Program-made: the position numbers and the translations under genes | Notes under the pieces: model-generated | The model's database searches: none | What the model was told of the DNA's origin: nothing | What the model saw: the letters and a program-made list of their open reading frames with translations, nothing else | Part shown: piece after piece, positions 25,926 through 36,950 of the stretch | How the letters are laid out: the number at the start of each line of letters is the position of its first letter | How positions within the stretch are numbered: position 1 is the stretch's first letter | NCBI GenBank assembly: GCA_046346755.1 | Contig: JAXMHM010000027.1 | Location: 51,297-115,296 of the forward strand | Length of the DNA: 64,000 bases | From: Opitutaceae bacterium | GTDB taxonomy: Bacteria > Verrucomicrobiota > Verrucomicrobiia > Opitutales > Opitutaceae | Reading direction: 5' to 3'

Positions 25926-26277
25926 TCCTTTTCCTGGGGCGGATGTGGCGATCCGGAGGCAGGCCTCACGCCACGCCGGCATCGGGCCGGAAGTAACAAA
26001 CGGATCTTGGTTTCATCTGTTCCGTTGTCGCGACGCGGAGCGCACGGTAGCTTGGGCACAATCTCAAATCACGCTGCCGAACCAAGGATGAACGCGATTC
26101 GCCCCTGAAGAAACGGATCAAAGGACACCGGGATCCTTCCGCCCGTCCGTCGCAGGCCAGCGGGTGATTCCCGAGCGTCGTTCCGTTTCGAAGGCTGGTG
26201 TTCGTGTTCGGTCCGGGTTCGGACTCCGGGCGTTCTCGCCCAGGACCCGCTCACCGCCTCCAACGTCGCCTCCCTCC

Positions 26278-29200
26278 ATGCTCTCCCCCCATCCCGTGCT
26301 CGAAGCACGGATCCAGGCCCTCGGCCAGCAGCTGTTCACGCTGATGGACGCCCATCCCGCGCCCGGCATCTTTTCCAAGAAGGGCGCCTACGCCCGCATC
26401 ATGGAATGGTCGATGCGCGACCCCGCGTTCAAGGCCCAGCTGTTCCGTTTCGTCGACGTCCTGCCTTCACTCGACTCCAGCGCCGAGATCGTGCGGCACC
26501 TGCAGGAGTACCTTGGGGACCAGGCCGTCGAACTGCATCCGGCGCTGAAAGCCGGTCTCGGCGCGGCCTCGTTTGCCCCGGGGCTCGTCGCCACACCGGT
26601 AAAGTCGCAGGTCACCGACATGGCGCGTCAGTTCGTCGCGGGCGAAAATGCCCGAGACCTCGTCCGTCGTCTCCAGGCCAATGCGCGTAATGGCGTGGCC
26701 ACCACAATCGATCTGCTCGGGGAGACCGTGGTGAGCGAGGCCGAGGCGGACGAGTTCCTCCAGCGCAACCTCGACATCATCGCCACGGTCAGCGAGGCCC
26801 TTCGCCGTCAGCCGGAACCGTGCGCGAGCGACATCGGCGCCGGCGGTACACCGCTTCCCCGCCTGAATCTCTCGGTCAAGATCTCCGCCCTCACCCCCGA
26901 GGTCCATCCCGCCGACCCGGAGAACTCGATCGAGGCCCTGAAACGGCGTCTGAGACCCATCCTCCGCCGCGCCGCCGAAGTGGGGGCCCTGATCAACTTC
27001 GACATGGAAAGCTACCGGACGAAGGACCTGACCTTCGCCCTCTTCCGCTCCATCCTCGAGGAACCTGAATTCTCCCAGGCCCCTGCGGTCGGCATCGCGG
27101 TCCAGGCCTACCTGCGCGATGCCGAGGCCGACTTGCGCAGTCTGATCGCCTGGGCGCGGAGCCGTTCGCGGCGGATCACCGTGCGCCTCGTCAAGGGAGC
27201 CTATTGGGACTACGAGACGATCCTCGCCCGGCAGCGCGACTGGCCCGTTCCAGTCTGGCAGCGCAAGCCGGAGAGCGATGCTGCTTACGAGGCCCTGTCG
27301 CTGCTCCTGCTGGAGAACGCGGACCTCATCTCTTCGGCCTTCGCCTCCCATAACGTCCGCTCCTGCGCCCACGCCATCGCCCAGGCGGAACGGCTCGACA
27401 TCGACCCGCGCGCCTACGAGTTCCAGGCGCTGTTCGGCATGGCCGACGAGCTCAAATCAGCCCTCGTTAAAACCGGTCACCGGGTGCGTGAGTACTGCCC
27501 GGTCGGCGAACTCCTGCCCGGCATGGCGTACCTCGTGCGGCGGCTCCTCGAAAACACCTCCAACGAGGGCTTCCTCCGCGCCAGCAACCTCGGCGAAGCC
27601 ACGCGCGAAGCGCTGCTGCGGAATCCGGTGGACGTGCTCGCGAGTCCCGCTCCGTCCAGCACCCTCCCGCGTCCAGCCACCGACACGAAGGCGTTCCGCA
27701 ACGCACCGAACACCGACTTCACGCGCGCGGACTCACGAAGCGCACTGCGCGCCGCGCTGCATCCGTCCGAGGGCAGCGTCGCCGCCGGCTATCTGGGAAA
27801 ACGCTGGCCTCTGATCATCGGCGGACAACGCCGCGAGCCCTCGGGCGGCGAGTACATCGCCACGCTCAACCCAGCCCGGCCCGCCCAGGTCCTCGGTCAC
27901 TGGGCGCGTGCCACGGTGGCCGACGCCGATGCGGCCGTGGCGGCCGCCACTGCTGCCTTTCCGGCCTGGCGGGCCACACCCGTGGCCCGGCGCGCCGCCA
28001 TCCTCGAACGCGCCGCCGACCTGATGGAGGCCCGGCGCTTCGCGCTCTGCGCGCTGGAAATTCGCGAGGCCGGTAAACCGTGGATGGAGGCCGACGCGGA
28101 CGTCAGCGAGGCGATCGACTTCTGTCGTTTCTACGCCGCCGACATGCGCCGACTGGGCGCGGGCTCCGTCACCCAGCCGACGCCAGGCGAGTCCAATGTC
28201 CTGGTGCACACGCCTCGCGGCGTCGGGGTCGCCATTGCGCCCTGGAACTTCCCGCTCGCCATCCTCTGCGGTCTGACGGTCGCACCGCTCGTCGCGGGTA
28301 ACACGGTAATCATGAAGCCCGCCGAACAGACCTCGATCATCGGGGCCGTGTTCATGGACCTGCTCACCGAAGCCGGCGTGCCGGCCGGCGTGGTCAACCT
28401 CGTCACGGGCCGCGGCGAGGACGTCGGTGCGCACCTCGTCGCCCACCCGCGGGTCGACTTCATTGCATTCACCGGCTCACGCGCGGTCGGACTGAAGATC
28501 TGGGAAACCGCCGGGCGCACACCGCCGGGACAGGCCAATCTGAAGAAGGTTGTGTGCGAGATGGGCGGAAAGAACGCGCTGATCATCGACTCCGACGCCG
28601 ATCTCGACGAAGCCATCCCGGCCGCGTTGTACTCAGCTTTTGGATTCAGCGGTCAGAAATGCTCCGCCCTTTCCCGGCTGATCGTGCTCGACGGCATCCA
28701 CGATGCGTTCCTCGCGCGTCTGACCGCCGCCGCGGCCAGCCTGCCCGTCGGGGATCCCGCCCTGCCCGGCACCGTCGTCGGACCTGTGATCGACGCCGAA
28801 TCCCGCGACCGGCTGCTCGCCCGGATTGCGGAGTCGGCACGGGAAAGCCGTCTCGTGCACCAGGGTCGCCTCTCCGATGCGGTCACCGCCAGCGGGGGCT
28901 ACTTTGTCCCTCCCACCCTCTTCGCCGACGTCGCTCCGGACCATCGCCTCGCCCGCGAGGAATTTTTCGGTCCCGTGCTCGGTGTCCTGCGCGCCCGCAA
29001 CCTCGACGAGGCCTTCGCGCTGGCCAACGGCACCGAGTATGCCCTGACCGGCGGACTCTTCTCACGCAGCCCGCGCGCCCTCGCACGGGCCCGCGAGGAG
29101 TTTCTCTGCGGCAACCTCTACCTCAACCGGACGATCACCGGCGCCCTGGTCGAACGCCACCCCTTCGGCGGATTCCGCATGAGCGGCGGCGGCACCAAGG

Positions 29201-29304
29201 CCGGCGGCCGTGGATACCTCGAGAACTTTCTCTTCCCCCGGGTCATCAGCGAAAACACCCTCCGCCGCGGCTTCACCCCGCCCGAGGAGAGCCAACAATC
29301 GTAG
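26278..29304 (+). CDS. putA: bifunctional proline dehydrogenase / L-glutamate-gamma-semialdehyde (P5C) dehydrogenase
   Basis: PRODH barrel region followed by an aldehyde dehydrogenase domain (EMGGKNA, FGFSGQKCSA). Start set at the ATG at 26278. No N-terminal RHH DNA-binding domain. Confidence 0.9.
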   Translation: MLSPHPVLEARIQALGQQLFTLMDAHPAPGIFSKKGAYARIMEWSMRDPAFKAQLFRFVDVLPSLDSSAEIVRHLQEYLGDQAVELHPALKAGLGAASFAPGLVATPVKSQVTDMARQFVAGENARDLVRRLQANARNGVATTIDLLGETVVSEAEADEFLQRNLDIIATVSEALRRQPEPCASDIGAGGTPLPRLNLSVKISALTPEVHPADPENSIEALKRRLRPILRRAAEVGALINFDMESYRTKDLTFALFRSILEEPEFSQAPAVGIAVQAYLRDAEADLRSLIAWARSRSRRITVRLVKGAYWDYETILARQRDWPVPVWQRKPESDAAYEALSLLLLENADLISSAFASHNVRSCAHAIAQAERLDIDPRAYEFQALFGMADELKSALVKTGHRVREYCPVGELLPGMAYLVRRLLENTSNEGFLRASNLGEATREALLRNPVDVLASPAPSSTLPRPATDTKAFRNAPNTDFTRADSRSALRAALHPSEGSVAAGYLGKRWPLIIGGQRREPSGGEYIATLNPARPAQVLGHWARATVADADAAVAAATAAFPAWRATPVARRAAILERAADLMEARRFALCALEIREAGKPWMEADADVSEAIDFCRFYAADMRRLGAGSVTQPTPGESNVLVHTPRGVGVAIAPWNFPLAILCGLTVAPLVAGNTVIMKPAEQTSIIGAVFMDLLTEAGVPAGVVNLVTGRGEDVGAHLVAHPRVDFIAFTGSRAVGLKIWETAGRTPPGQANLKKVVCEMGGKNALIIDSDADLDEAIPAALYSAFGFSGQKCSALSRLIVLDGIHDAFLARLTAAAASLPVGDPALPGTVVGPVIDAESRDRLLARIAESARESRLVHQGRLSDAVTASGGYFVPPTLFADVAPDHRLAREEFFGPVLGVLRARNLDEAFALANGTEYALTGGLFSRSPRALARAREEFLCGNLYLNRTITGALVERHPFGGFRMSGGGTKAGGRGYLENFLFPRVISENTLRRGFTPPEESQQS

Positions 29305-29310
29305 CCCTCC

Positions 29311-29349
29311 CCGGAGGGAGTGTCATCCGGCGGATGACACTCCCTCCGG
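29311..29349. terminator. 18-bp perfect inverted repeat between convergent putA and ATPase genes
   Basis: CCGGAGGGAGTGTCATCC-ggc-GGATGACACTCCCTCCGG. No U-tract, so it may act as a bidirectional terminator/insulator or be a palindromic element. Confidence 0.55.
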
Positions 29350-29352
29350 CCG

Positions 29353-31431
29353 TCAGGGGTCGAGACGCGCCAGGCGGAGGCTGTTGCCGACGACGAGGAT
29401 GGAGCTGAGCGACATGGCTACGCCGGCATAGACGGGATTGAGCAGCCAGCCGAAGGGGGGATAAAGAAGTCCGGCCGCCAGCGGGATGCCTGCAACATTG
29501 TAGGCAAAGGCCCAGAACAGGTTCTGTCGAATGACGCGCAGGGTGGCCCGGGAAATGCGAATGGCCTCGGCCACGCTGCGCGGGTCGTTCCGCATCAGGG
29601 TGACGTCCGCCGCCTCGATGGCCACATCGGTGCCGCTGCGGAGGGCGAAGCCCACATCTGCCCGGACCAGCGCCGGGGCGTCGTTGACCCCGTCTCCCAC
29701 CATGCCCACGACGCGTCCCTCCTGCTGCAGAGCGGCGACCACCTGCGCCTTTCGGCCCGGCAGGACTCCGGCGTGGACACGTGTGATCCCAAGCTGCCGG
29801 GCTACTGCCAAGGCGGTTCGCTCCTGGTCTCCCGTCAGCATGGCCACCTCCACCCCGAGGCTGCGCAGGGAGGCCACCGCCTCGACGGCGGTGGGGCGGA
29901 TCCGATCGGCGACGCCGAGCAATCCGGCCGGCGCGTGGTCGATGGCCACATAGACCGTGGTGTGCCCATCGTTCTCCATCCGCCCGGCCTCTTCCTTCAG
30001 CCCTTCGAACGCCACTCCACCCTGAGCCAGCCAGGCGAGACTGCCCACCCGCACCTCGCGGCCCTCGATGGTGGCGACAATTCCAAATCCCGGCGCCGAG
30101 GTGAATCCCGCGCCGGACGGAACCTCCATCCCTCGGTCGACCGCAGCGCGCACCACCGCCTGGGCCAATGGGTGCTCAGAGACGCGCTCCGCGCCGGCCG
30201 CCAGGCGCAGCACCTCGTCCTCCGTCCACGGAGCAAGCGCGTGCAGCCCGGCCACACCCGGCCGCCCCTCGGTCAGCGTGCCCGTCTTGTCCATCACCAC
30301 GGTATCCAATCCTTGGGCACGTTCCATCGCCGCCCCGCCCTTGACGAGAATTCCGCGCCGGGCCGCCAGCCCCGCACCCGCCATGATCGCCGTCGGCGTG
30401 GCCAGTCCGAGCGCGCAGGGGCAGGCAATGACCAACACGGAAACGGCGGCGATCAGCCCGAAGACGCCACTCCCTTCGCCCCCCAGAAGCCACCATGCCA
30501 AAAACGTCAGCGCGGCCACCCCGAGCACGGCGGGCACAAACCAGGCGCTCACCCGGTCCGCCAGGCGAGCGATCGGCGCGTCCTCCTCCTGCGCCTGCTC
30601 GACCAGGCGGATGATCTGGCGCAGGGTCGTGTCCTCGCCCACACGCTCCACCCGCACCTCCAGTGCGCCCTGCCGATTTAGGGTCGAACCGATGACCGAA
30701 TCGCCCGGCGCCTTTTCCACCGGTTGGGATTCGCCCGTGAGCAAGGCTTCGTCGACCGTCGATGCGCCGGACGTCACCACTCCATCCAGCGGAATCTTCT
30801 CCCCCGGTCGGACTTCCACCACGTCGCCCACGACCACCTCCGCCAGCGGCACCTCCTCGGTCCGCCCTCCCCGCCGGCGGCGTGCGCGCGGGGGCGTCAG
30901 ATCGAGCAGCGCACGCACGGCGGCTCCGGTTCGGTCGTAGGTGCGGCGCTCCAACACCTGTCCCGCCAGCACAATGGTGGTGATGACCGCCACCGCCTCA
31001 AAGTAGAGCGGCGGGTGGCCGCCCGCCCTCATCGCAGCCGGCAGATGCTCGGGAAAGAGCAGCACAAACCCACTCAACCCCAGCGCCGCGCTCGTGCCTG
31101 TCACCGTGAGGGTGAACATATTGGTGTCCCGATCCCGCAACGAAACATACCAGCGACGCAGAAACGGCGAACCGCACCCGAAGAACACCGGCAGCGCGAG
31201 CAGGGCCTGCAACCAGCCATTGAACTCATGAGCCACCCAGCGCTCGGGACGCAGCGGCTCCGGCAGCAACCCGCCCATCGCCAGGTAAACGACCGCGAGG
31301 GTGAACGGCAGCGCCAGCGCCAGACGCCGGGGCAGGTGATCGGAACGGCGCAGGCCCATGTAGGCCTCGTCGGGGTCCAGGGATGACGAGGGAGGGGGTG
31401 TTGCAGGCGTTGACGGGAGGTGTGACAGCAT
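29353..31431 (-). CDS. P1B-type heavy-metal (Cu+-like) translocating ATPase lacking an N-terminal HMA domain
   Basis: CPC motif ([11 protein letters not shown]), DKTGTLT, SEHPLA and GDGVNDAP. The N-terminus is Pro/Ser-rich without a CxxC motif. Start set at the ATG at 31431. Confidence 0.9.
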   Translation of the reverse strand: MLSHLPSTPATPPPSSSLDPDEAYMGLRRSDHLPRRLALALPFTLAVVYLAMGGLLPEPLRPERWVAHEFNGWLQALLALPVFFGCGSPFLRRWYVSLRDRDTNMFTLTVTGTSAALGLSGFVLLFPEHLPAAMRAGGHPPLYFEAVAVITTIVLAGQVLERRTYDRTGAAVRALLDLTPPRARRRRGGRTEEVPLAEVVVGDVVEVRPGEKIPLDGVVTSGASTVDEALLTGESQPVEKAPGDSVIGSTLNRQGALEVRVERVGEDTTLRQIIRLVEQAQEEDAPIARLADRVSAWFVPAVLGVAALTFLAWWLLGGEGSGVFGLIAAVSVLVIACPCALGLATPTAIMAGAGLAARRGILVKGGAAMERAQGLDTVVMDKTGTLTEGRPGVAGLHALAPWTEDEVLRLAAGAERVSEHPLAQAVVRAAVDRGMEVPSGAGFTSAPGFGIVATIEGREVRVGSLAWLAQGGVAFEGLKEEAGRMENDGHTTVYVAIDHAPAGLLGVADRIRPTAVEAVASLRSLGVEVAMLTGDQERTALAVARQLGITRVHAGVLPGRKAQVVAALQQEGRVVGMVGDGVNDAPALVRADVGFALRSGTDVAIEAADVTLMRNDPRSVAEAIRISRATLRVIRQNLFWAFAYNVAGIPLAAGLLYPPFGWLLNPVYAGVAMSLSSILVVGNSLRLARLDP

Positions 31432-31848
31432 GGCGAACGACTGCGGGGACCGAGCAGCATGCCGGCTCAACCCGCCGGTGCGAGCCAGGTTCGTCGCGTT
31501 CCCAAGTCAGCCCTTCGGCGGGGAACCCACCCGAGGATCCCAATCGATCGGATTCCGCCCGAACAAGAATCATCCCATTGAACCACGCATTAACACGAAT
31601 AAACCCTTACTCCGGAGGTCAAGCGCATCGATCCATTCATAAACCACAGATGCACAAGGGTAAACGCAGATCCGAAGTCTGTGCAGCTCTTCGCTGCACC
31701 GGTTAAATACCCGCTTTGGCGTGGCTCGTTTGGATCCGGGTTCATCCGTGTCCATCCGGAGTTCAATTGAAGGCTCCTGCCGCAGGCTGGAGCGGCTGCC
31801 TTCCTCTCACGGCTGCAACTTTGACGCCCGCCGACGGGTGATGGAGGG

Positions 31849-32340
31849 GTGGACCTCCTCGTATACCTGCTCACCGGACTGCTCATCCTCGTCGGACTGA
31901 TTGGCATCATCGTTCCTTTGCTGCCCGGGACTACCCTCATCCTGGCCGGCATGATTCTCCATAAAGTTCTTTTGCCCAATAGCATCAGCACAACGGCACT
32001 CGCCGTCATCGCGCTTTTCTGGGGATTGTCTGTCCTGGCTGACTTTGCCGGTGTGCTGATTGGGACGCGCCTGGCTGGCGGAACCCGCTGGGGGATGGCC
32101 GGCGCGGGTCTGGGGGCGTTGGTGGGGGTTTGTTTTTCCGTGCCCGCCCTCATTCTTGGCACGTTGGCTGGGGCGGTGCTGGCCGAAAAGGCGATCTCAG
32201 GTGCCCCGGATCAGCAAGCGCTCCGCTCCGGGGTAGGGGCGGCCGCCGGATTCTTTGTTTCAACCCTGGCGCGTCTCGCCTGCGCCGCGGTGATGATCAT
32301 ACTTTTTCTGAGTCTCCTCAGTTGGGCTCCTGCCCGCTAA
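31849..32340 (+). CDS. DUF456-family membrane protein
   Basis: Four hydrophobic helices; N-terminal LVGLIGIIVPLLPG pattern typical of DUF456. Confidence 0.7.
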   Translation: MDLLVYLLTGLLILVGLIGIIVPLLPGTTLILAGMILHKVLLPNSISTTALAVIALFWGLSVLADFAGVLIGTRLAGGTRWGMAGAGLGALVGVCFSVPALILGTLAGAVLAEKAISGAPDQQALRSGVGAAAGFFVSTLARLACAAVMIILFLSLLSWAPAR

Positions 32341-32511
32341 TCACCATCAAGCCACTCGGCATGATAGGATTGGGGGATTTTTGTCCCAAAATTCACCTCA
32401 TCCCATCGTCGACGACTTCCAGCGAAGCGAGCCCGGCGGTCGCCGCGAGATTGAGACGATCGACAGACGTGTCGATGGAGCCATGGCGCACCGCGCCCCG
32501 CCACCTGAAGC

Positions 32512-34977
32512 ATGATTTCCCGACCGCATCGCCCACTTGCTGCCTGCGTAGCTTATACGCTGCTGCACATAGGGTTGCAGATTCTGGCTCAGAATTTCGA
32601 AGTCGCCCCGGGGATTTCGGTCTGGTACCCGCCCGCCGGCTTGGCTCTGGGACTGCTGATCCTTCTTGGGCCGCGATTTGCCCCGCTGATCTTCGTCGTC
32701 AACGCCGTGGTGGCCATCCCTACGACGAGGTCCGAGGCACTTTGGGCTCCGCTGCTCTTTCCTTTTCTCATCACCGCCTACTACACCGGTCTGGCATGGT
32801 GGATCCGGCGCGTTCATGGTCCCCGTCTGCTTCCCGGGTCCTTGCGCCAAACGCTGACGTTTACCGCTGCGGTCATCCTGGGTCCAGCAGGCATGGCTTT
32901 GGTGGGAAGTGGCGCGGCCGTTCTCACGGGACTCACCCCCGCTTCCGGGATGGGTTGGGCGACCGTCCTGTGGTGGGTGGGTGACTCCAGTGGTTTGCTC
33001 ACGGTCCTTCCTCCTATCCTCGTCTTTGCCGCCCCTTGGCTGCGCGTCGCCGGACCTTCGGAACGGAATCAGGTGCGCCGAGCAAATATCGCCTCGGCGG
33101 GATTTCTGTTCGCCTGCGTCGCGCTGATCCTCTCCCTCGCCCTGGTTTTCACCCTCGACTCCAGTTTTCATTTCCAGGCCCTTTCACTGTGCTTCCTGCC
33201 TCTCATCTGGATCTGCCTGCGCCATGGATTGCCGGGCGCAACCCTGGCCACGCTCCTCGTGACCATGGCGGGACTCGCTGGACTGCATTTCACTCCCGGT
33301 ACCCGCGAACAGATTGTGGGTTTCCTGTTTTTTGAACTCACCTTTACCGGGGTCGGCCTGGGACTCGGTTCGGCGGTCAGTCGTCGCAACGAAGCCGAGG
33401 CTGAGCTCGCCACCAACCAGGCCCGCCTCGATCGCGTCGTGTCCGGAGCACGACTGGGACTCTGGGACTGGGAGGTGGGCAGCGACCGCGTCGCCTACAA
33501 TCTTCGCTGCGCGGAACTGCTGGGTTCGCCCCACGCCCCGCTCGCACCCACGCGCGCAGCGTGGGAGGACGCGATTCATCCCGACGATCGCGACGAAGTG
33601 GCGTCCGCCCTGCGCGGTCACCTCAATGGACTCCGCTCAATCTTCGAGGCTGAATACCGTATCCGAACTTTGGATAAGCGTGTGCGTTGGATTCACACCC
33701 GGGGATCGGTGGTGGAGCGCGACGAACTCGGCCGGCCCCTGCTGGTGTCGGGCACGCACCTCGATGTCACCCACCAAAAGCAGATCGAAGCGGACAACCT
33801 GGCCAACGAGCGCCAGCTCATGGAGGTGCAGAAATCGGAGAGCCTTGGCATGCTCGCTGGCGGTGTGGCGCATGACTTCAACAACCTGCTCACCGCGATC
33901 CTCGGGAACGCCCAGCTGGCCAAACTCGACATTCCGCCGAACACGCCGCCCTTCGAGGCGCTTGGCCAGATTGAAACGGCCTCGAATCGCGCCGCGCGGC
34001 TCTGCCAGCAGATGATGGCGTACGCCGGTCGCAGCCCCCTCAATCCGGTCGATCTCAATCTCAATGACCTGATCTCCGATACCCTGCCCCTGATCCAGGC
34101 GACGGTGGGCAAGAAGGCGACGCCCGAACTCAAGCTGGGGCGCCCTCTCTCTCGATTCCGGGGTGAACCTTCACAAGTGCAGCACGTGCTGATGAACCTC
34201 GTCATCAACGCCTCCGAAGCCATCGGCAACCAAGCCGGACGCATCGAGCTGCGCACCGCCATGTTGAGCCTCGATGGGGAACGGCTGACGACACTGTTCC
34301 AGGCCCCGAGCCTGCCCACCGGCGACTATGTGCTGCTGGAGGTCAGTGACACCGGCGCGGGCATCGCCCCCGACCTGCTGACGCGTATTTTCGAGCCCTT
34401 TTTCACCACGAAACCGGCGGGCCCCGGACTGGGTCTCGCCGCCGTGCTGGGCATCGTGAGGTCCCACGGGGGAGCCCTGCGCGTCACCAGCGAACTCGGC
34501 CGCGGAAGCACTTTCCAACTCATCTTTCCCGCCCTGCGATCCAGCGCCCCGCCCGATCGCGCGCCTGCCCGCCCGATCGAGACCCACTGGACTGGCTCCG
34601 GGCTGGTGCTGGTGATCGACGACGAGGAGCCTGTGCGCAAGGTGATCGCCGGCATGGTCAAGAGCCTGGGGTTCACCCCCGTCCTGGCCACCGACGGAAT
34701 CGAGGGGGTGGACGCTTTTCGCCGTCACGCGGGACGCCTGCGCGCGGTGATGCTTGATCTGGCGATGCCCAGGATGGACGGCTCCGAAGCGCTGCGGGCC
34801 ATGCAAGGGATCGATGCCCGCGTTCCGGTCCTGCTCATGAGCGGATTTTCCAACAAACTCACCCTCGACCAGTTTGCCCAGGCGCGGCCGTCGGGACTCC
34901 TCGCCAAACCCTTCAGTCGAAGTTCGCTGCAGCAACAGCTCCAGGCCGCGATGGTCGCCTACCCCCTGCGGGCCTGA
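32512..34977 (+). CDS. hybrid sensor histidine kinase/response regulator with MASE1-like membrane sensor and PAS domain
   Basis: Polytopic N-terminus, PAS (EAEYRIRTLDKRVRWIHTRG), H-box (GGVAHDFNNLL), N/G boxes, and a C-terminal receiver (LVIDDEEP...DLAMPRMDG). Confidence 0.9.
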   Translation: MISRPHRPLAACVAYTLLHIGLQILAQNFEVAPGISVWYPPAGLALGLLILLGPRFAPLIFVVNAVVAIPTTRSEALWAPLLFPFLITAYYTGLAWWIRRVHGPRLLPGSLRQTLTFTAAVILGPAGMALVGSGAAVLTGLTPASGMGWATVLWWVGDSSGLLTVLPPILVFAAPWLRVAGPSERNQVRRANIASAGFLFACVALILSLALVFTLDSSFHFQALSLCFLPLIWICLRHGLPGATLATLLVTMAGLAGLHFTPGTREQIVGFLFFELTFTGVGLGLGSAVSRRNEAEAELATNQARLDRVVSGARLGLWDWEVGSDRVAYNLRCAELLGSPHAPLAPTRAAWEDAIHPDDRDEVASALRGHLNGLRSIFEAEYRIRTLDKRVRWIHTRGSVVERDELGRPLLVSGTHLDVTHQKQIEADNLANERQLMEVQKSESLGMLAGGVAHDFNNLLTAILGNAQLAKLDIPPNTPPFEALGQIETASNRAARLCQQMMAYAGRSPLNPVDLNLNDLISDTLPLIQATVGKKATPELKLGRPLSRFRGEPSQVQHVLMNLVINASEAIGNQAGRIELRTAMLSLDGERLTTLFQAPSLPTGDYVLLEVSDTGAGIAPDLLTRIFEPFFTTKPAGPGLGLAAVLGIVRSHGGALRVTSELGRGSTFQLIFPALRSSAPPDRAPARPIETHWTGSGLVLVIDDEEPVRKVIAGMVKSLGFTPVLATDGIEGVDAFRRHAGRLRAVMLDLAMPRMDGSEALRAMQGIDARVPVLLMSGFSNKLTLDQFAQARPSGLLAKPFSRSSLQQQLQAAMVAYPLRA

Positions 34978-35079
34978 CCGGCCGGTCCGGTGTCGTCCGC
35001 CTGTCACGCGCGACCCGACGCTTTTTGGTTCGCCCGTGGACGGGGAGGTACGATCTGATCCCGGCTTTCGCACCTCGCC

Positions 35080-35634
35080 ATGCCCGATATCGTTCTCGTT
35101 TCCGGTAGTCCCTCCGCCACCTCGCGCTCGGTCGCCGTCCTCAAAGACGTTCAAACCCAGCTCGAAACGCTCGGCCTGCGGACCACGTTCATCAGCGTAC
35201 GCGACTTTCCCGCCGAGGACCTGGTTCTTGCGCGATACGACAGCCCGGTCTTCAACGACGCCAAGGCCAGCATCGAACAGGCAGCCGGGATCATTATCAG
35301 CACGCCCATCTACAAGGCCTCCTACACGGGGACGTTGAAGACCTTCCTCGATATCCTGCCGCAGTACGCGCTTCGGGGAAAGACCGTGCTGCCCCTCGCC
35401 ACCGGCGGTACGCTCGCGCACCTGCTCGCAGTCGACTACTCGCTCAAACCGGTGCTCGCGGTGCTGGGAGCAACCGAAATTCTCCAAGGCGTCTATTCGA
35501 CGGATGCGCAAATCCGGGTTTCGCCGGGCCAGCCTCTGGACCTGGAGGACGAACTGCGCCAACGCCTCACGCAAGCGGTGGCGCAACTGGCCGCCAGCGT
35601 GCTCGCACGCCGTCGATCTTCGCCCCCCGCCTGA
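35080..35634 (+). CDS. ssuE: NADPH-dependent FMN reductase
   Basis: SGSPS..SRS N-terminus and IISTPIYKASYTGTLK motif typical of SsuE/FMN reductases. Confidence 0.75.
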   Translation: MPDIVLVSGSPSATSRSVAVLKDVQTQLETLGLRTTFISVRDFPAEDLVLARYDSPVFNDAKASIEQAAGIIISTPIYKASYTGTLKTFLDILPQYALRGKTVLPLATGGTLAHLLAVDYSLKPVLAVLGATEILQGVYSTDAQIRVSPGQPLDLEDELRQRLTQAVAQLAASVLARRRSSPPA

Positions 35635-35731
35635 ACGCCTCGAGAAGAACTGAACGGTCAGACGCCGCCCCTGCGGCATGAACCTTTTTCAGGCGCATTG
35701 AGTTGTCAGCGGGACGGGGCTGGGCACTGTT

Positions 35732-36676
35732 TTGGACCCACTTCACCCCATGAGCACCGTCCCCTCTCCCACTCCCGCTTCCCCCGTCCGGCGTCTGACC
35801 GCCCAGGATTTTGACCAGGAATTGCTCGATCTTTACGACTACTACGCGCATGGCCGCATTGATCGGCGCACCTTCATCGACCGCGCCGGAAAGTACGCCG
35901 TGGGCGGCCTGACCGCGGCGGCGCTCCTGGAAATGATGAGCCCGCAGTACGCGTTCGCTGCGCAAGTGCCCAAGGACGACGCCCGCGTCACCAGCGAAAC
36001 CGTCACCTACCGCTCGCCCGAGGGCCACGGTGAAATGCGAGGCCTCCTGGCGCGGCCGGCGGGTGTGACGGAAAAACGGGCCGGTGTGCTCGTGGTTCAT
36101 GAGAACCGCGGGCTCAATCCCTACATCGAGGACGTCACGCGCCGACTGGCGCTGGCGGGTTTTGTGGCCTTCGCCCCCGATGCCCTGACTCCGCTTGGCG
36201 GTTATCCCGGGACCGACGACGAGGGGCGCACCCTGCAGGCCAAACTCGATCGATTGAAAGTGATCGAAGACTTTGTCGCCGGCGCGCGTTTCCTTCAGTC
36301 GCACCGCGCCGTGAACGGTTCGCTCGGGGTCGTCGGCTTCTGTTTCGGCGGCGGCATGGCCAACACCCTGGCCTGGCGGCTTCCGGAGCTGGTGAAAGCC
36401 GCGGTCCCCTACTACGGAGGCCAACCCAAGGCGGAGGAGGCTGCTCTGATCAAAGGCGCCCTCCTGTTGCACTACGCGGAGCTCGACACGCGGGTCAACG
36501 CCGGCTGGCCGGCCTACGAGGCCGCGCTCAAGGCGGCGGGCGTGCGTTACGAGGCCCATGTTTATCCCAAAGTCAATCACGGCTTTCACAACGACACGAC
36601 CCCGCGTTACGACAAGGCCGCGGCGGAGCTGTCCTGGGAGCGGACCCTCGCCTTCTTCCATACCCACCTGGGTTGA
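35732..36676 (+). CDS. dienelactone hydrolase family protein
   Basis: N-terminal export-like segment, then a DLH pattern ([33 protein letters not shown]). Confidence 0.85.
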   Translation: MDPLHPMSTVPSPTPASPVRRLTAQDFDQELLDLYDYYAHGRIDRRTFIDRAGKYAVGGLTAAALLEMMSPQYAFAAQVPKDDARVTSETVTYRSPEGHGEMRGLLARPAGVTEKRAGVLVVHENRGLNPYIEDVTRRLALAGFVAFAPDALTPLGGYPGTDDEGRTLQAKLDRLKVIEDFVAGARFLQSHRAVNGSLGVVGFCFGGGMANTLAWRLPELVKAAVPYYGGQPKAEEAALIKGALLLHYAELDTRVNAGWPAYEAALKAAGVRYEAHVYPKVNHGFHNDTTPRYDKAAAELSWERTLAFFHTHLG

Positions 36677-36950
36677 TTCAGCCGTCGCTCCGACCGCGGC
36701 CCTGCACGGCATCGGGAACCGGATCCGTCCGGTGCTCGGCCGCGGCGGTTGACCTGATCCCAAGTTCAGCCGATTAACCACTGAGAGCACGAAGCGCACC
36801 GAGTGACGTCCCGAAAAATCAGGACATCGATGTCTCGCCCGCAAAGTACGGCCGCTCGTCGGTCGATTGCATCGGTCAAGCGCCTTTGTCTCTGCTCCTT
36901 GAGTTCGCTGTGGCTCATTCAGCCGCGGTGGTTAGGTTGAATCGACTTTT

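Noticed and set aside
31641-31694. Mini-ORF MHKGKRRSEVCAALRCTG upstream of the P1B ATPase, considered as a possible metallochaperone or metal-sensing leader peptide.
   Set aside because: It is too short and lacks the CxxC/MxCxxC fold context. It lies on the strand opposite to the ATPase gene and inside the repeat-like island.
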